This document shows positions 40,220 through 55,034 of a DNA stretch of 64,000 nucleotides, in pieces. The number at the start of each line of letters is the position of its first letter. The first letter of the stretch is position 1. The notes beneath the pieces were generated by a model that saw only the letters and a list, made by a program, of their open reading frames with translations, searched no databases and had not been told where the DNA came from. The stretch is from Trichinella spiralis (lineage: Eukaryota), in contig NW_003526945.1 of the NCBI RefSeq assembly GCF_000181795.1, positions 3,336,305 through 3,400,304 of the forward strand. The letters are read 5' to 3'. The translations under genes and the position numbers were made by a program.

Positions 40220-41548
40220 ATGCCAAGCATAAGATTGTTTTCAAATTTTCAGCAGCAGTGTTATTTTTTTCTACTGGCGAAAGAAAAGAACACTCCAAGC
40301 AAAATCAACATGCGTAAGCGATGCTTAATTTTCAATTATAACAAACTATTTGATTGTGTTGTGTTGTTTGTTTGTTTCTTCCGTTTTGCTGTCATTTATA
40401 TTGTGTAGTTCGTGTTGTTCTTTCGACTTGTTTGTTCTCCAATTAGCCAGTTTTCAACGTGCTTCAGACGGGTTTAGCCTGATGACGTTGATTTCAAATC
40501 GCACCAAATTTCTTCAATGTGCACAACAGCTTCTAGTCGTTTTTTATTTTTGCTCACATCGATCAAAATGTTATCTGTAAATTTTGAATGTTTTTTTTTT
40601 CTCTTAAATTTCGGTTTTAGTTTCTCCTCCACCGCAAAAGCAGTTGCGTTTGGATTCTTTCTTTTCGAACAAATGCGAAAAAACTACTACTACGCCAGAG
40701 AGGAAAAGTTCACCGCCAGTTGGCAAAGCTTCGGACTCCAGACTTGAAGATCTCCTGCTGGATCCTTGTTGGAAACGTCGACTTGGTTCTGAATTTTCAA
40801 AAGCTTATTTCAAAGATCTTGAGAATCGTTTGAACGAAATTTGGCAGAAGCCGCAGAGTGTGGTGTTTCCGCCTAAGCATTTGATCTTCAATGCATTCAA
40901 TTTAACCCCTCTGAAAAGTGTCAAAGCTGTGATTTTGGGCCAAGACCCGTATCACAATTATGGACAAGTATGCGTATGGAATTCGTATCTTCCAAAGAAT
41001 GTTCATGCTTGTTTCGGTTTTTTTCAGGCTCACGGTTTGTCATTTTCCGTTCCGCATGGTGTGACTCCGCCACCTTCGTTGAAAAATATATTCAAAGAAC
41101 TGGCGGACGATATTCCCGGTTTCAGAATACCATCCCACGGTTGTCTGACCGCGTGGGCGAAGCGGGGAGTTCTGCTGCTCAACGCATCGTTGACAGTCGA
41201 GTGAGCCACACCTTCTCGGCAGATGATAGTTGCCGATAGTGAAATTTGCATGATTGAATTTTCAGATGCCACAAGGCGAATTCACACGCCGCATTCGGTT
41301 GGCAAGATTTCACCGACTTTGCGATCAAAACCGTAAGTGACCACTGTTTCGGTGTGGTATTTCTGCTGTGGGGTGCGTTTGCACACAAAAAGGAACGCTT
41401 GGTCGACAGCAAAAAGCACACAATCATCAAAACTGCCCATCCGTCACCGCTTTCGCAGGGTCGCTTTTTCGGTTGCAGATGTTTTTCGAAAACCAACGAA
41501 GCATTGAAAGAATACGGAAAAGATGCAATTGATTGGACAATTGATTGA
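40220..41548 (+). CDS. ung-1: Uracil-DNA glycosylase (family 1 UNG)
   Basis: GQDPYH, AHGLSFS, GVLLLN, LLWG and HPSPLS motifs, plus PIP box QLRLDSFF. The first exon (40220 or 40310 to 40313) is inferred. Confidence 0.95.
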
Positions 41549-42021
41549 AATTATAATTTTATCTCACGCACAAAAAAAAATAATAATAACACGTTGTATA
41601 TAAATATTGTTTGTTATGTAGATATGTGATGACATTCTATTTGAAGTTTTTCTGTTTGAAAATTCCATCTTTTATCTATTGTATATGTTGAAAAATAAAA
41701 GTAGAAAAGCACAAGAGCAATTTGCTTTTTCGTTCAGTCGAACGAACGGTTCTATAACGATTGAATTCAACGATAACGCGGTTAATAAATTGAAATTTTG
41801 TTTGAAATGAAATTGAACTGTCAGAAAAATTACACAATCTTACTTAAGAGGTGACCGAGACTTATTTCAAAAACTGATCCGGTTAAACAAGCTCCATTTG
41901 ACCGCTTATTACTGCCTATATATACATATATGTATACATATATGGGTATATTGTAAGCAAGCAGGCGGTTTCTTTTGTGATAGTTCATTGTAGTTGCACA
42001 AAATTGCAGTATCGTCAAAGC

Positions 42022-42700
42022 ATGGATTCAAGTCGTTCAGAAATTTTCGATTCCGATAAACAACCATCGGTGAAAAGTGTAAGCACAGAATTATTATCCT
42101 TGCAATCATCATCATCCATTATTCTCTGTATTTATATATCTAAGATTTTCATTTAAAAAACAAAAATAATATTCAAAGGAAAATTTAAACAAAAAACTAC
42201 AGTAAGAAGATGTAGTATTAGTTGCAATTTGAAGTTGTTTTCATTTTGTGCTTTACATTAATTTTACACGGTACATAATTGAAAATCATGTTCCAATAAA
42301 TTGTTCACCATTAGCGATATCGAATGAACACCTATTTGGACGTGCCCGAAGATAAGACGGGTAAATTTTATTTATTATTCACACTGAAAGAGCGTATCGG
42401 CGAATTGATAGCATCGTTGAAAGTGTTCGAGGTAGGGGGAGAAAATTTGCTGAATTTGTTTATTTATTAATTTATTTTTTAACATCACAGGCCCATGGAA
42501 TAAACATTGTTCACATTGAAAGTCGTCCATCGAGAAGCCACGCCGGATGTTATGAATTTTTGATTGAATGCAACGCGATGGATAAACAAGTGAAGTCGGT
42601 GTTCAAAACTTTGCAAGACATCGCCGAGAACGTGACAATTCAGACATTTGGTCCAATACACGAATGCAACGGTGCAATGATTTCTTATTTACAAGTGATG

Positions 42701-42731
<31 letters not shown>

Positions 42732-44297
42732 CTGTTATCATAGATGTGGTGCCGTGGTTTCCGAAAAAAATAAAAGATCTAGATCTGTTTGCTGATCGTG
42801 TTCTCACGTATGGATCTGAATTGGACGCTGATCATCCGGTGAGCAAATGAGGAAAATTTATTAAAAAATAATCCGAAAAAAGACTTCTGTACTTCATTTT
42901 TGCACAGGGTTTCAAAGATGAAGTGTACCGCAAGCGAAGGCAACTATTCGCAGATATTGCTCACAATTATCGACAGTAAGCATTTGATAATATATTTTGA
43001 AAAAAAGGAAATAGAATTTCTTTTTCACGCAAAATTCGCACAGTGGTCAGCCTATACCGAGGATAGAATATACGAAAGAAGAAACCGAAACTTGGGGCCT
43101 AATTTACAAAGAACTGAAAAAGCTTTATCCAACGCACGCATGTCGTGAATTCAATCACATATTCCCTTTGCTCGAACAAAACTGCGGCTACAGTGAAAAA
43201 AGCATTCCCCAATTGCAAGACGTTTCAGATTTTTTGAAAGGTACTTAATAATTATTACTTTGCCTTTTTACTGTGTAGTTTCTTCTTCTTCTTCTTCTTC
43301 TTGTAATTTGCTTTTTGCAATTTTCAAGAATGCACAGGCTTCACCGTCAGACCTGTAGCTGGTTTGTTGAGTTCACGTGATTTCTTAGCCGGTCTGGCAT
43401 TCCGAGTGTTTCACACCACGCAGTACATTCGCCATTCATCTGCACCAAAATATACCCCTGAACCGTAATCGACGTCTATTAATTTTCATTATTTTTCTTT
43501 TTACCTTCAAATTAATTTCCATATTTGACAATGAATTTCAGAGATGTCTGTCATGAACTTCTTGGCCATGTACCACTTTTTGCTGATCCAAATTTTGCAC
43601 AATTTTCACAAGAGATCGGTCTGAGCAGTCTTGGCGCTCCGGACGAAGTTATTCAAAAGCTGGCCACGGTGAATTCTTTTTTTCCATTTTACTCCACAAA
43701 CTGTCCATTGCACAGTTCTGAATTTTCATTTAACAGTTGTACTGGTTCACGGTGGAATTTGGACTTTGCGAACAAGAAGGCAAACGAAAAGCGTACGGAG
43801 CAGGATTACTGTCTTCATTTGGGGAATTGCAGGTTCCATTTTTATTCAAACGGCTATCAACAATATTCCGTTCGGTTTATTTTAGTACTGCTTGACTGAC
43901 GAACCTGAAGTTTATCCATTTAATCCAGAAATAACAGCTACCACTGAATATCCCATCACATCTTACCAACCGAAATATTTTTTAGCACAGTCGTTTGAAA
44001 ATGCAAAAGAACAGCTCATGTGATTGTTGATTCTGTAAAACTAATTTTTTCATTTTAAAAGTATTTTCAATTTTAGAAAATGGGCGTCGGCCATTTCTCG
44101 CCCCTTTAACATCAGATATGATCCATACACACAAAGAATTCAAATTTTAGATAACACTGAAATTTTGAACCACGTCGTTCATGATGTTCGAAGTAAAAAA
44201 TTCTCATTGTTATACTTTGTTTCGCTATTTTTTTGTTGTGTTCGTTTCAGATGATCTTCAACTGGTTGAAAGCACCCTGATGAAACTGAGTACTTAA
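42022..44297 (+). CDS. pah-1: Phenylalanine-4-hydroxylase
   Basis: ACT domain with HIESRPS, then [48 protein letters not shown] and RYDPYTQRI. First exon 42022-42078 is in phase with 42315. Confidence 0.93.
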
Positions 44298-45151
44298 CTG
44301 AAAGTGAACTGACAAAATTGCTAACCATTCTGTGAATATTATTCTACTCGAATGAAACGAATCTGATCCATTTTTACAAAGCATCATCATCATATTTCAT
44401 AATCGAATCATATTTAATATTTATTCAAAAGTTAATTAATTTTACTAATTTTCAGTGGTAAAAAATACAGTTTCTTATTTCATGTTTTCAAAACTGAAAA
44501 CATATCACTGATTCATTTCATAATAATAATAATAATAATACAAATACATGTTGCCCACTAATTACATTATTAAACGTATGTCAGTGCTTAATGAATTTCA
44601 CCAATTTTAGAGTTGGTTTTGATTTACAATTTATTAAATGAATGCTTTTATCCGAAATATGATATAATAATATTTAAAAAAGAAGTTTTTTCTACGACTT
44701 ACTCAATTATCTGTCTTGTTCTGGGCTTCCTTGGCCTTAAGCACTGTACTTGGTATCTTTCGAGTTGACCATTTGCGACTTTCTTCCTGTTTGACAGAAA
44801 TTCAGGATGAGAAGAAAATGCAAGACACAAAAAATTAAAAATAACGGACGATCAACGTGACGGATAAACACAACATACACACGTAGAATTCTATATGTTC
44901 GTACTGTAAATTCCTGTTCTCATCGACAATGAAAATCAAGTACAGCGTAGGCGCTAGTGCCGCTGTGATTCATCGTATACTAGATTCAACAAAATTGTTA
45001 TGAATGAAAATAAAACAGTGAAAATTTTCAGGAGCACCTTTTATTGAAATGTAAAAAATATCTTTTCATATTTCAAACTTTGGTAAAAAGATGAATGTGT
45101 GCAATATTGAGCGTGTGGTCACAGATGAGATGGGAGAAAAAATAGAAATAT

Positions 45152-48100
45152 TCAAAAATCAGACGACTGGCTAATATTCACACAGTCTGGCGAATCATCA
45201 TCACTTTCCAACGAGTTCATCATGCAAGCCAATCTCGTTTCAAGTCTGTAATAGTGCTTGAAATTGGCGACAATCACCGGCACCGGTAAGGCAAGTACAA
45301 GAACACCAACAATTGCGCACAAGGAACCGACAAATTTTCCTGCTGGCGCAACTGGGACCAAATCGCCGTATCCAACTGTGGTCATCGTCACGACAACGTA
45401 CCAGAACGCGGCCGGGATGCTGGTAAATTTCGAATCTTTCGTACCAGATTCAGCGAAATAGATTGCGCTCGAGAAAAGCACCAAACCAATGCAGAGGAAA
45501 AAGATAAGCAAGCAAAGTTCTTGCAGACTGGCTCGAAAGGTGCGGCCCAAGATTTGCAATCCCCTTGAATGTCGACTGAGTTTAAAAATCCGGAAAACGC
45601 GCACCAAACGCAGCACCCTCAGCACTGCAAATGACATCGATGACGCACTTTCATTGGAAAGAGCCAGATTTATGAAAAATGGCAGAATGGCAATAAAGTC
45701 AATCACGTTCAGAAAACTTTTACAAAACTGCAACTTGGATGGACAAGACGATATGCGAAGCAAAAATTCAATCGTGAACCAAGTGATACAGACCACTTCG
45801 ATCAAGAAGAACGGATTCATCGAATCGAGTCGACTCGGATCTGCATCCAAACCATCTGGGATTGTTCCATTTCCCACGTACCTCAATTCAGGAAGTGTTT
45901 CCAGGCAAAAACTCAACGTACTAAGTACAATTACAAACACAGAAAAGAATGCAAATATTCTAGCTAGTAATGACGAGTCCGGGTGTTCAGTTATTTGCCA
46001 AATGCGACGCTGAAGCATGTTCTTGGGCATTAATGGTACCTCTTGCTTTCGATAGCCTTCTTGTTCCCAGAATTTTTCAATCACAGAATCGCCAATTTCA
46101 AAAAATCGCAACTCTCTCACAAACACATCCACCGGTATATAATCGGGTCGTTTCAGATGACCACCGCTTTGATAAAAATAAAGTATCGCTTCAAAACTTG
46201 ATCGATGACGGTCAAAAAAATACTCCCGAAGTTCACTGTTGTAATAAGGTCTGCGTTTTTCTACATTTCCGAGAAGCGTTTCTGGATAGCGAAGTAAAGT
46301 AGATTTTGCAGTTTGAAAGCGCATCCCGCTGATATTGATGGTTATCAGTTGTGAATTGTCTTCATCGCAGATCGAACTGCGCGTACCAAACGGAGGTTCC
46401 GATTTGTGCCGGTTCACATGATCAGAATCCACATAATCCAAGCAGAAACTGCCTCCTTTGCTCCTGTCTGAATTTCCAACTACAGTCGTACACCTAAATG
46501 TTCATTTTAATACTTATAATTAATTATTATACAAGAAAGTGATCATAAAATATCATATTAGATATATCAAAATAAAGTTTTAATTTTGAAATTATGCAAT
46601 AATTCACGAATATGATGATGTGAAAATAATATTTTCTATGTTCATAATTATCAATGTCGATGATTTTCAGTTTTAACTTTGGCTTGATACTTAAGTAAAA
46701 AAAATCTTGATAGTTTGATAATAACAATTGTAAATAGATTTTAACATTAGAAAACATTTTTTAACATTAAAAAGATTAAAATTGAAAATTTCATAATTTT
46801 AACAAATTTTCTCCCTGCATTACAGTGACACGATATGCAAATAATATAATATTTGCATTGTCATAGAACTTCCGCTTACCAATCTTCAGAAGAGTTAATA
46901 GTTGAAAGAATATTTTAAAAAATAAATAAACTTTTCCATATTTTATCCATATAAAAATAAATTTTATTAATTGAAAATAAACTGATAATAAATTAACGAG
47001 TTTGTTTTTATTCGATATGAAAAAAAAACATGAAGAATAAGTTAATTAGTTGTTGAAATAAATAACTGAGCAAACTAAAACAGCCTGCTTGCTTGTGAAA
47101 TGAAGTTCGAAATAAATTACCACTGGGCATAATTCTGAATGATGTAAAAGTAAACTTTAAATCAAAGTGCATATAATCTTCAAAAACTTCAAAGCAAAAA
47201 GAGAAAAAGTTGAGATGTTTATGAGTAAGTAAGTGTGATGAGATAAAAAGAAAAAGAAAGCATAAAGTGAATATAATATATATTTTTTTAAAGAAAGTTA
47301 TACTAAAAGTATTGAAGCAGCAGCAGTGCACGTAGTGGGATTTTTATCAACAACAGCTGGTGCAATTGATATATGGATGGATGCAATGGGGAAGCCATAA
47401 ATAAAATATATTAAAAAAAATAAACGTAAGACCATCTGGCCAGTTGTGATAAAGGAAGTAAAGTTAGCTGTGTGAATGATTCAATTTTGTGCAGAAGAAG
47501 ATGAAAACGCTGTTCTTTTTTTCCTCTTCATCCGCTTCAGCATAAACGGATATACCACCGGAAGAGAAGCTTATTCAAATTAATTAAAACAAGTGACCAG
47601 AGCAATTGTCTAACGTTCAAGTCTTAGTCATTCAGTTGGTTGAGGGGTTGAGGAGAACATTGATTCCCCCCCCCCTTCCTATTTTGCAAACAAACGCGCA
47701 CGGCATGCTTGCTTGAAAAAATTGTTCTCCGTTCAAAGCAGTGTTTCCCCGCCGCTGCATGCTTGATGCTGACGAACCGTCGTGGTGTGCATTGGGTCGA
47801 AATTAATCAACGCGACAGATCGCTTTATCAAAAGATGCTGTTCACCCACGCGAATCAAAATTCCGCCAAATTCCAATATGGAACCAACTCGACTTGGCCG
47901 ATTACATCTCCAACTTAAGAAAGTAATAAAATCAGACATGGGTTGAAGGGGAAAATTTTCCTACATCACCACCACACACTTGCGACACGTCTGAAAATGA
48001 TGTTCAACTGGGGATTTTTGAAATTCTTTCTATTTCCCTTCAACGTTGCCACACCTTTGGAATTGTAAATTTGTATTCGCATAACAACAATTCGACAAAC

Positions 48101-51100
48101 TGCAATCTTGTTGTTCTTAATTATCCGAATACAGCAGCAGCAGCAGCAGCAGCATAATGTGGAATAGAATAAATTCAACTCGACCAACTGTGAAAGCGTC
48201 CATTTTCAAATACAATCAAATCAAATTTTATAATACAAACAAATAAATGTTGCTTGTTTAAAAATTTATAATATGTTTAAAATGTAAATTTAACCCCAAC
48301 ATATACAACTGAACGTCAAAATTTGTCACATCACTGCCCAAAATAGTGAATATAAAAAATTAATCAATTTATTTAAAAAAATAGTTGAATAACCAAGAAA
48401 AATAAATTTTAATTTCCATATTAAAAATATTTTGTTTTTTCAATAGCTTTGTCAACTTTTACAAATTAATTATTGTTATTTAAGTGAAATCAATATTTTC
48501 AATTAATAATAAAACTTTATAATAATCATACACATATGTATATGCATATGTATATATGTATGTATTCACAAAATTATGGTCTATTAGTTATTAAAATGCT
48601 TTCAACAACATCGTCGAAAGTAAAGCGATAAATAAATTTGAAATGCATAATTAAATTTTTACACATCAGATTGAAGCAATTTCACGTGTTTTCATGCATG
48701 CACAATTGGGCGTCTACTTTAATGAATATCAATTATTAAATTTGAAATTTGTTGTTTGAATGAAAAAAATTAACAGAAATTCATTTCAACTGATAATCCA
48801 AAAAAAGTGAATTCTCCAAAATTGGAGTTCATTGTTTGATTTGATTTGAAATTTGCTACCCTTTTTGAGGGGGAAGCAGAGGGGGAGGTGGACTGTTGGT
48901 TCATGAACAACGGAAAAATGTTGTCAGAGTCGGTCGATTGCATGATCCCTATGCACCGCAAAAACGGACACTCTTTTGAACATTATCGACTACTTTCAAT
49001 TAATTAATCAAACAAGAGGATTGGGCTTTCTTAATTGGGAGGAAAGTTCAGTTTCTCAACGGAAATCAGCATCATTTGCAAAATGATCTGACACTCTCAC
49101 TGTTCATTTTATCTATTCAAATTTAGATTAGTGGCGCAGTTTTACAATTAAATAACTATTTATTGAAGTGATTTAAAATGTGAATTCGTTTAAAAAAACA
49201 ACAGCTTGACCAACACAATGGGAAATGGGTAAAAAAAGCATGCAAGGTGTTGCTTACGAGACGGAACGATTTTTCACCGCGTCGTACCGGGCCGTCGGGG
49301 AAGGATCCAAAAATTTGAACATCACTGCCAGCTTGCTCCAAAATATCACCATGACACGCTAGATTAACAGTTGTTCAAATGGAGCCATTTTCCCCCTTTT
49401 ATCGTCGTTTTGTCAGTTTGTGCTTATTCACAATGATGCATCGCGCATGGCATTGGCAGAAAATAAAATGGATGAATGAATGATACAGCAAAAAAAAACA
49501 GGAAAGAGCAATGAACAAACAACACAGCTTGCCTGCCGTCAGAGCAAAACAATAAATAAATAAATAAATAAATAAACGAGAAAATAATAATTTTTCTCGC
49601 ACAGTTGAAAATTTTACTTTTACACTGGCAAAATTTCAAATTAACGCGTCCCACTGTGACTCAGTGCGAAAACACCACGCCGGACAGACGTGGCGATGTA
49701 TAAGGGGGTAAAAGTGTGGTGGTGGTGGTGGTGGCGTGTATCAATTGGAAATTAAATTTAGCAGCGATCGAGGCGCTCTCTGAAGAAAAACTTTTCTTTC
49801 CAACGCTCCACCACCGCCGGTCGACTGGCGGATGGATAATGGCGAAAATATATGCCTAAGCGCTGGTATTAATAATAACTGTTGGTCAATATCAGACCGA
49901 ATTCACAGCACGACAACAAACCTGGCCAGCTGTTGTTCACTACGACACCGAAGCCATTTCACTCGTTGCTCACTTCCATCATCGACCTTTTCCTTAGTGG
50001 TTTTAAATATCTTTTTCATTTTAAACGAAAAGAATTTAACAAACTTTACAAATCGTTCAAAATTAATCATACTGCCTTACTGTAACAGGGAATATTACAC
50101 AGTGAATATTTCTGTTTATCATGTTGCACAACAACAACAGAAAATAATAATTCAATTATTTCAATTTTGTAAATTGAATTAACAATGTTTTTCAAAAGTG
50201 ATGTTGCATAAAGTGATAAAACAAAATAACTTTAGCCTAGTTTGATACAATTTCCAATAATGTTATTAAATGCAAAGACAAATTATTAACGCAATGCAAT
50301 CCGATTTTCACCTTCTGCTACTTGTACAACGTGGATTGTTCGATTCATTCTTTCAAATTATTACAAACTCACTGTAGTGGTCAAATTTGGATATGGAATT
50401 GCATTTGCAATAGTACCAGCAATTAGCAACAATTAGCGGCACAGCTTGCGACCGGCCGGCTTCGGCTAACTGAAGCAATCGACGCGAAAGAAGCAATTTT
50501 CACGTAATCTACAAGGCAAAACGCGCTCAACAATATAATTCACGCCGATGGCTCTGCCCAGTACTGTTCGCTGTTTGAAATACAATAAGATGTTTTCATT
50601 TGTACATTTTTTGCATGAATGAATTTTGCACAAAGGAAAAGATCCTCATCATCATCGTATAAAGTGTGTTTTTGAAATTTTCAAAAAATTAACTCTTCAA
50701 CCGTTATCAATCAATAAATTTCAAACAAACAAACAAATACCTAACCATATCTTATCAGCTAGATTGAGAATGTAAATTCAATTTTTATCTTTCAAAGAAA
50801 TTCAAATTGCACTACACACAATCAATAAATTAATATTTTCCATTGTTCATATTCAACAAGTGAAAAATGACCAATATATAATAATTAATGATCAGCTGAC
50901 TAATGACATTAGAGTTCTTGTAAATAATAATTGATGGAATGAGTGAAATCAATGAAATATTTCAACAAATATACATGTATATAATTATTGGTTTAAAAAA
51001 AAAGAAAGAAAAAGAACTAACTTTTGTGATTGAACTGGCTTTGCCAGTGGTTTGAGTTTCTCTTTGCGAAGTTGAATCCATTCCAAAGTGTCACTTGTGC

Positions 51101-53819
51101 ACGCATGAAGCATACTCCACCGCTGGTCAGTCAGTCAATAACAGCAACAACGCCAACAACAACAATAATAATGCTAATAATATTAAGCTGAGCTTGAGCA
51201 GCATGGAGTATCGAATTCAAGCTTTCATTAGCAGAAAAGAAAATCATAATTCTTTCTTTTTCAAAGCGTAATACAACAAAAAAATGAAGAAGGAATGATG
51301 AAAATATGCATGTACATACATATATATTATTGAGAAAAGAAATCAGAATACGCATACACTGGCACCGAGAACAACTAGCCGTATGTGAAGATGAAGAAGA
51401 AGAAGAAGAAGAAGCAAAATATCAAAAAAAAACAATCTTTTCGAAATAACTTCTTTTCAAATAAAGAAACACAAAGCAAACGCAGAATAAATGTGAAAAT
51501 GCGCATTTACATCTGCGCTATAAAACATCTGCTATTCATCTGAAAATTAATCTCAAATTCTTTTCTTCCTCATCTTCATCTTCTGCTTAAGTTTTGAAAT
51601 GAAAAAAAAAACATTTTATTACACTTTTTCCCTCTTCCGCTATGATAAAATTTTTTTGCTTGTTTTTTGTGCGTGTGTCTCAAATTATAAAAATTACAGT
51701 ACACCTGATAATTTGAAAAGAACATTTCCACGTCTGTTTCTTCTTCCTATTCTTCAACCAAGGTAAAATTGAAATTTGAATCTATTGAATAGCGTGAAAA
51801 GATTATTCAAATTTCTTTTCACCAGGCAGAATTCATATTTTATTCAAAGCACTGGTCAGAGTACAAAGAACAATCATTCAATTCACAGTGCAATTCTACT
51901 TCTTTTTCTTTAATAAATATCTTATTGCATTATTATTATTATTTTAATTGAGATGTGAAATTCTTTTTCCAATTTGCTCCTGCTGCCGATAACAACACTC
52001 CCTATTATGAAAATTGCCGGACAGATCAACTGATTTCGTAAAAGGGTTATTTGATTTTTTTTCTCACATTGATCTACTTTTCTCCATTGATCAATCACAC
52101 AATCAAAGCGCTTAATATTAAATGAAATGAAATGATATGATATGTCCGAACTACTTCATCAATTTCATGCTTCAAAACAGTAAGAGTATGAATGATTTTT
52201 TTCATAAGAAAAGAAGACTATATGATAAATAATCTCCAAGCCATTATGCCAATTAAACCAAAAGTACTGTAGCAGAACTTTGCAAATGAATATAGCACTT
52301 TAATTAGTAATAAGAAAGGGGAAAGGTGGACATTTATTGTACATACAGTTTTTAAAACTGAAAAATCCAACTACCACCTCCCCATATAATTAAAAAAATA
52401 TTTTTCTTTTGACAATAATATGCAAAATGAATTCCAATAATCTACTAATCTTGCACAAATGATCAACCGAATGAAAAATATTCTCCATGCTCTGCCATTC
52501 AGCTCTACCTACTTCTTATTTCTGCACAAACTTCGCTTCAATTTTCGAAAATGCTAATATTGCCAACTGTTGGCAATATATCAAATGGTAAACACGACGT
52601 CAGCAAATACTATTTTCACGTGTGCGTTGGTTAGAATTTGAAAATTTGTTTACGTGGTTGTTTGTTTTCGATTCAAAATCCGGCGACCAGAAAGAACTTT
52701 TCCCACTTATTTTACACACCGTCACAACAATTTATATGGAAATTAATTTTTCAATCAAAACAGCAACAATGTCAATTTGCACAACAGATTCGATCAACTA
52801 CCGTACACAGCGCCAATAGTTGAAAAGTGCAGACAGGCAAAAATTTCACCTTTCGACATGATCAATTTTTCAAAATATTTCTTTTTTTTGTAAAGCGCTT
52901 AATAATTAATCGCCCGCATAATTTGATCGTCAACATCGATTATGTGGAATTGTCAATTTTGACGCGTTTACAAATTTGTCCCACCCAGTGGTTGAATAAA
53001 ACTTTTCAGCTTTTCAAATTTGAACAAAAAGACACTCGAGAAACACAGTCACAAAGCTGACATTGTGGAAGCAAGTGGGGAGGGGGGGACAGTGCGCATT
53101 TGCCCGGCCAAGAGGGGCGGGGATATTGAACTGAACATTAAACGCGCAGTCAAAGTCAGACTGCTTATATTATTTTTTCCCTTCAGAGAAATGCCGAACA
53201 CAAAGCGGCCCGGTGGCGCAAGTGACTGATTAGTTTGAGAGTTGCTCAATTCCCATCGACAAATTGACCAAAAAAACTCTCAAACAGCCAAATAGCTATC
53301 CAGCTAGCTCTACTAGTCGCGTGCGGAATCGATTTTCAAAAATCCTCAACTTCTGCGCGATTATTATACGAGATATTTTTGAAGAGGAAAAGTGAAAACT
53401 TAAAAAAATTAAAATTAAACCAATTACCAATTTTGGTCGTTGGACAAGTTCGCCGTGGTGCTGCCATTTCCCACAACCGCGCATCCACAACGGGCACACT
53501 CCAAACGGTCCTGGTCGTCCATAGTTGCCGCATCTAGTGAAGCCTGCCTCTGAGCGTTCTGTTTGGCGGAAGAGGATTTTGAAAGATGGAAAAATATTTC
53601 GCCATTCTTTCCAGACAACTATTCAAAAATCGATACTGTAAGCGTTGTTTTCCCTCCTTTTTTTACAAAAGGAAAAAAGTGTGGGCACAGGTTGAAAAAG
53701 AAACACAAGCAAGCATCCACAAAAAATCGTCGGATGTGAAAGTTCAAAATTGATTAGTTGACAACGTCGACCGCAAAACTGACATGGTGATTTTTGAACG
53801 AATGGGCGGGCAGGGCCAT
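45152..53819 (-). CDS. shk-1: Shaker/Kv1 voltage-gated potassium channel (core exon 46493-45152; putative 5' exons 53819-53784 and 53618-53428)
   Basis: T1 domain INISGMRFQT...FFDRHRSSFEAILYFYQSGG, S4 LRVLRLVRVFRIFKLSRH, pore TVGYGD and PVPVIV. The 5' exons are inferred from splice phase only. Confidence 0.9.
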
Positions 53820-55034
53820 GCCTTTCGACGAACAACGGCGGAAGCAACAGCAGCAGCAGCAGCAAAAGCAAAAGCAGTAGCAGCTGTTCACAAATTCAAA
53901 ATTAGCATCATATGCTGGACAATCGTGTGCCACTCCTCGTCTGCCATGACAGACGCGATTGACGGATTTCAGCTAGCCTCGCTTTTCAAAACGGCCAACA
54001 ACCAACCGTCAGGCCAAAGTCGACAGTCAAACGACTTTTCCATCTTTTTGAAAAATGATCATCCATCTCACTGACCACAATTTACATTCTTGCCCATTTA
54101 TTATTATTATTATTATTATTGCTGCTATTTTCAATTTTCCTCACCTCAGCAAACAATCCACTTCACTTCAAATTCAAGCTTCTTCTTCAAAAAAACAAGT
54201 TTCACATTATTCTGCTGTTTCCTCTTTTTCGTATTTTTTTGAATTTTACATTTTCTCTTTATTCATTTTTTTAAACATTCCAACAAATCATAACTTTCGC
54301 TTGTTCGTCCGTTGATTTTTCACAAACTGCGACGCCAAACTTTTCCTCCATTCTTTCGACAGTACTTTCGACCGACTTCAGACAGTCTTTACTTTTAGTC
54401 ACCTGAAAATCATCAATTTGAATTTTGTATTTCAAAATTAATTTCAAACAATTTCAAAATATAAAATAAAAGTTTTTTTAGATTTATTTAAACAAAAATC
54501 ATTTTATTATAAAATACAAATATTTAAATTAATTTATTAGAAAATTATTTTTAAAAAAAGTAGAACACTTTTGTAGAATTTATGTCACACGCAAGTACGT
54601 CACATCATAACTTGAAAATTGTGACTGTTTACTTAATGTTTTTTATTAATCAAATTTTTTCACATTAAAAAAATTTACCCACAATATTTAAAAAATGTAA
54701 CTGAAAAGTTGTCAAAAAATTATTTCATAAATACTTTATTATTCAAATAATAAAATACAACTGTGAGTTTATATCAGCTAGCGAAGAACAATCGGAACCG
54801 ATTGTTTGTACAAAACATTTTACCACTGCAATAGGTACTCTACTCAATTATAATGGTACTCTCACCCGATTGCTGCATCAAACTAACAATCAAGTGAGTT
54901 GCAAAAAAAACGTAACAGTGGTGCATTGTTAAATTTAAAAATAAAAAAACCAAAATCACCACCACCACCATCACCATCACCAGCAGCAAAGATTTAAAAT
55001 ATTTCAAGAGTAGTTAGTAGCTCAAGTTCAATGC

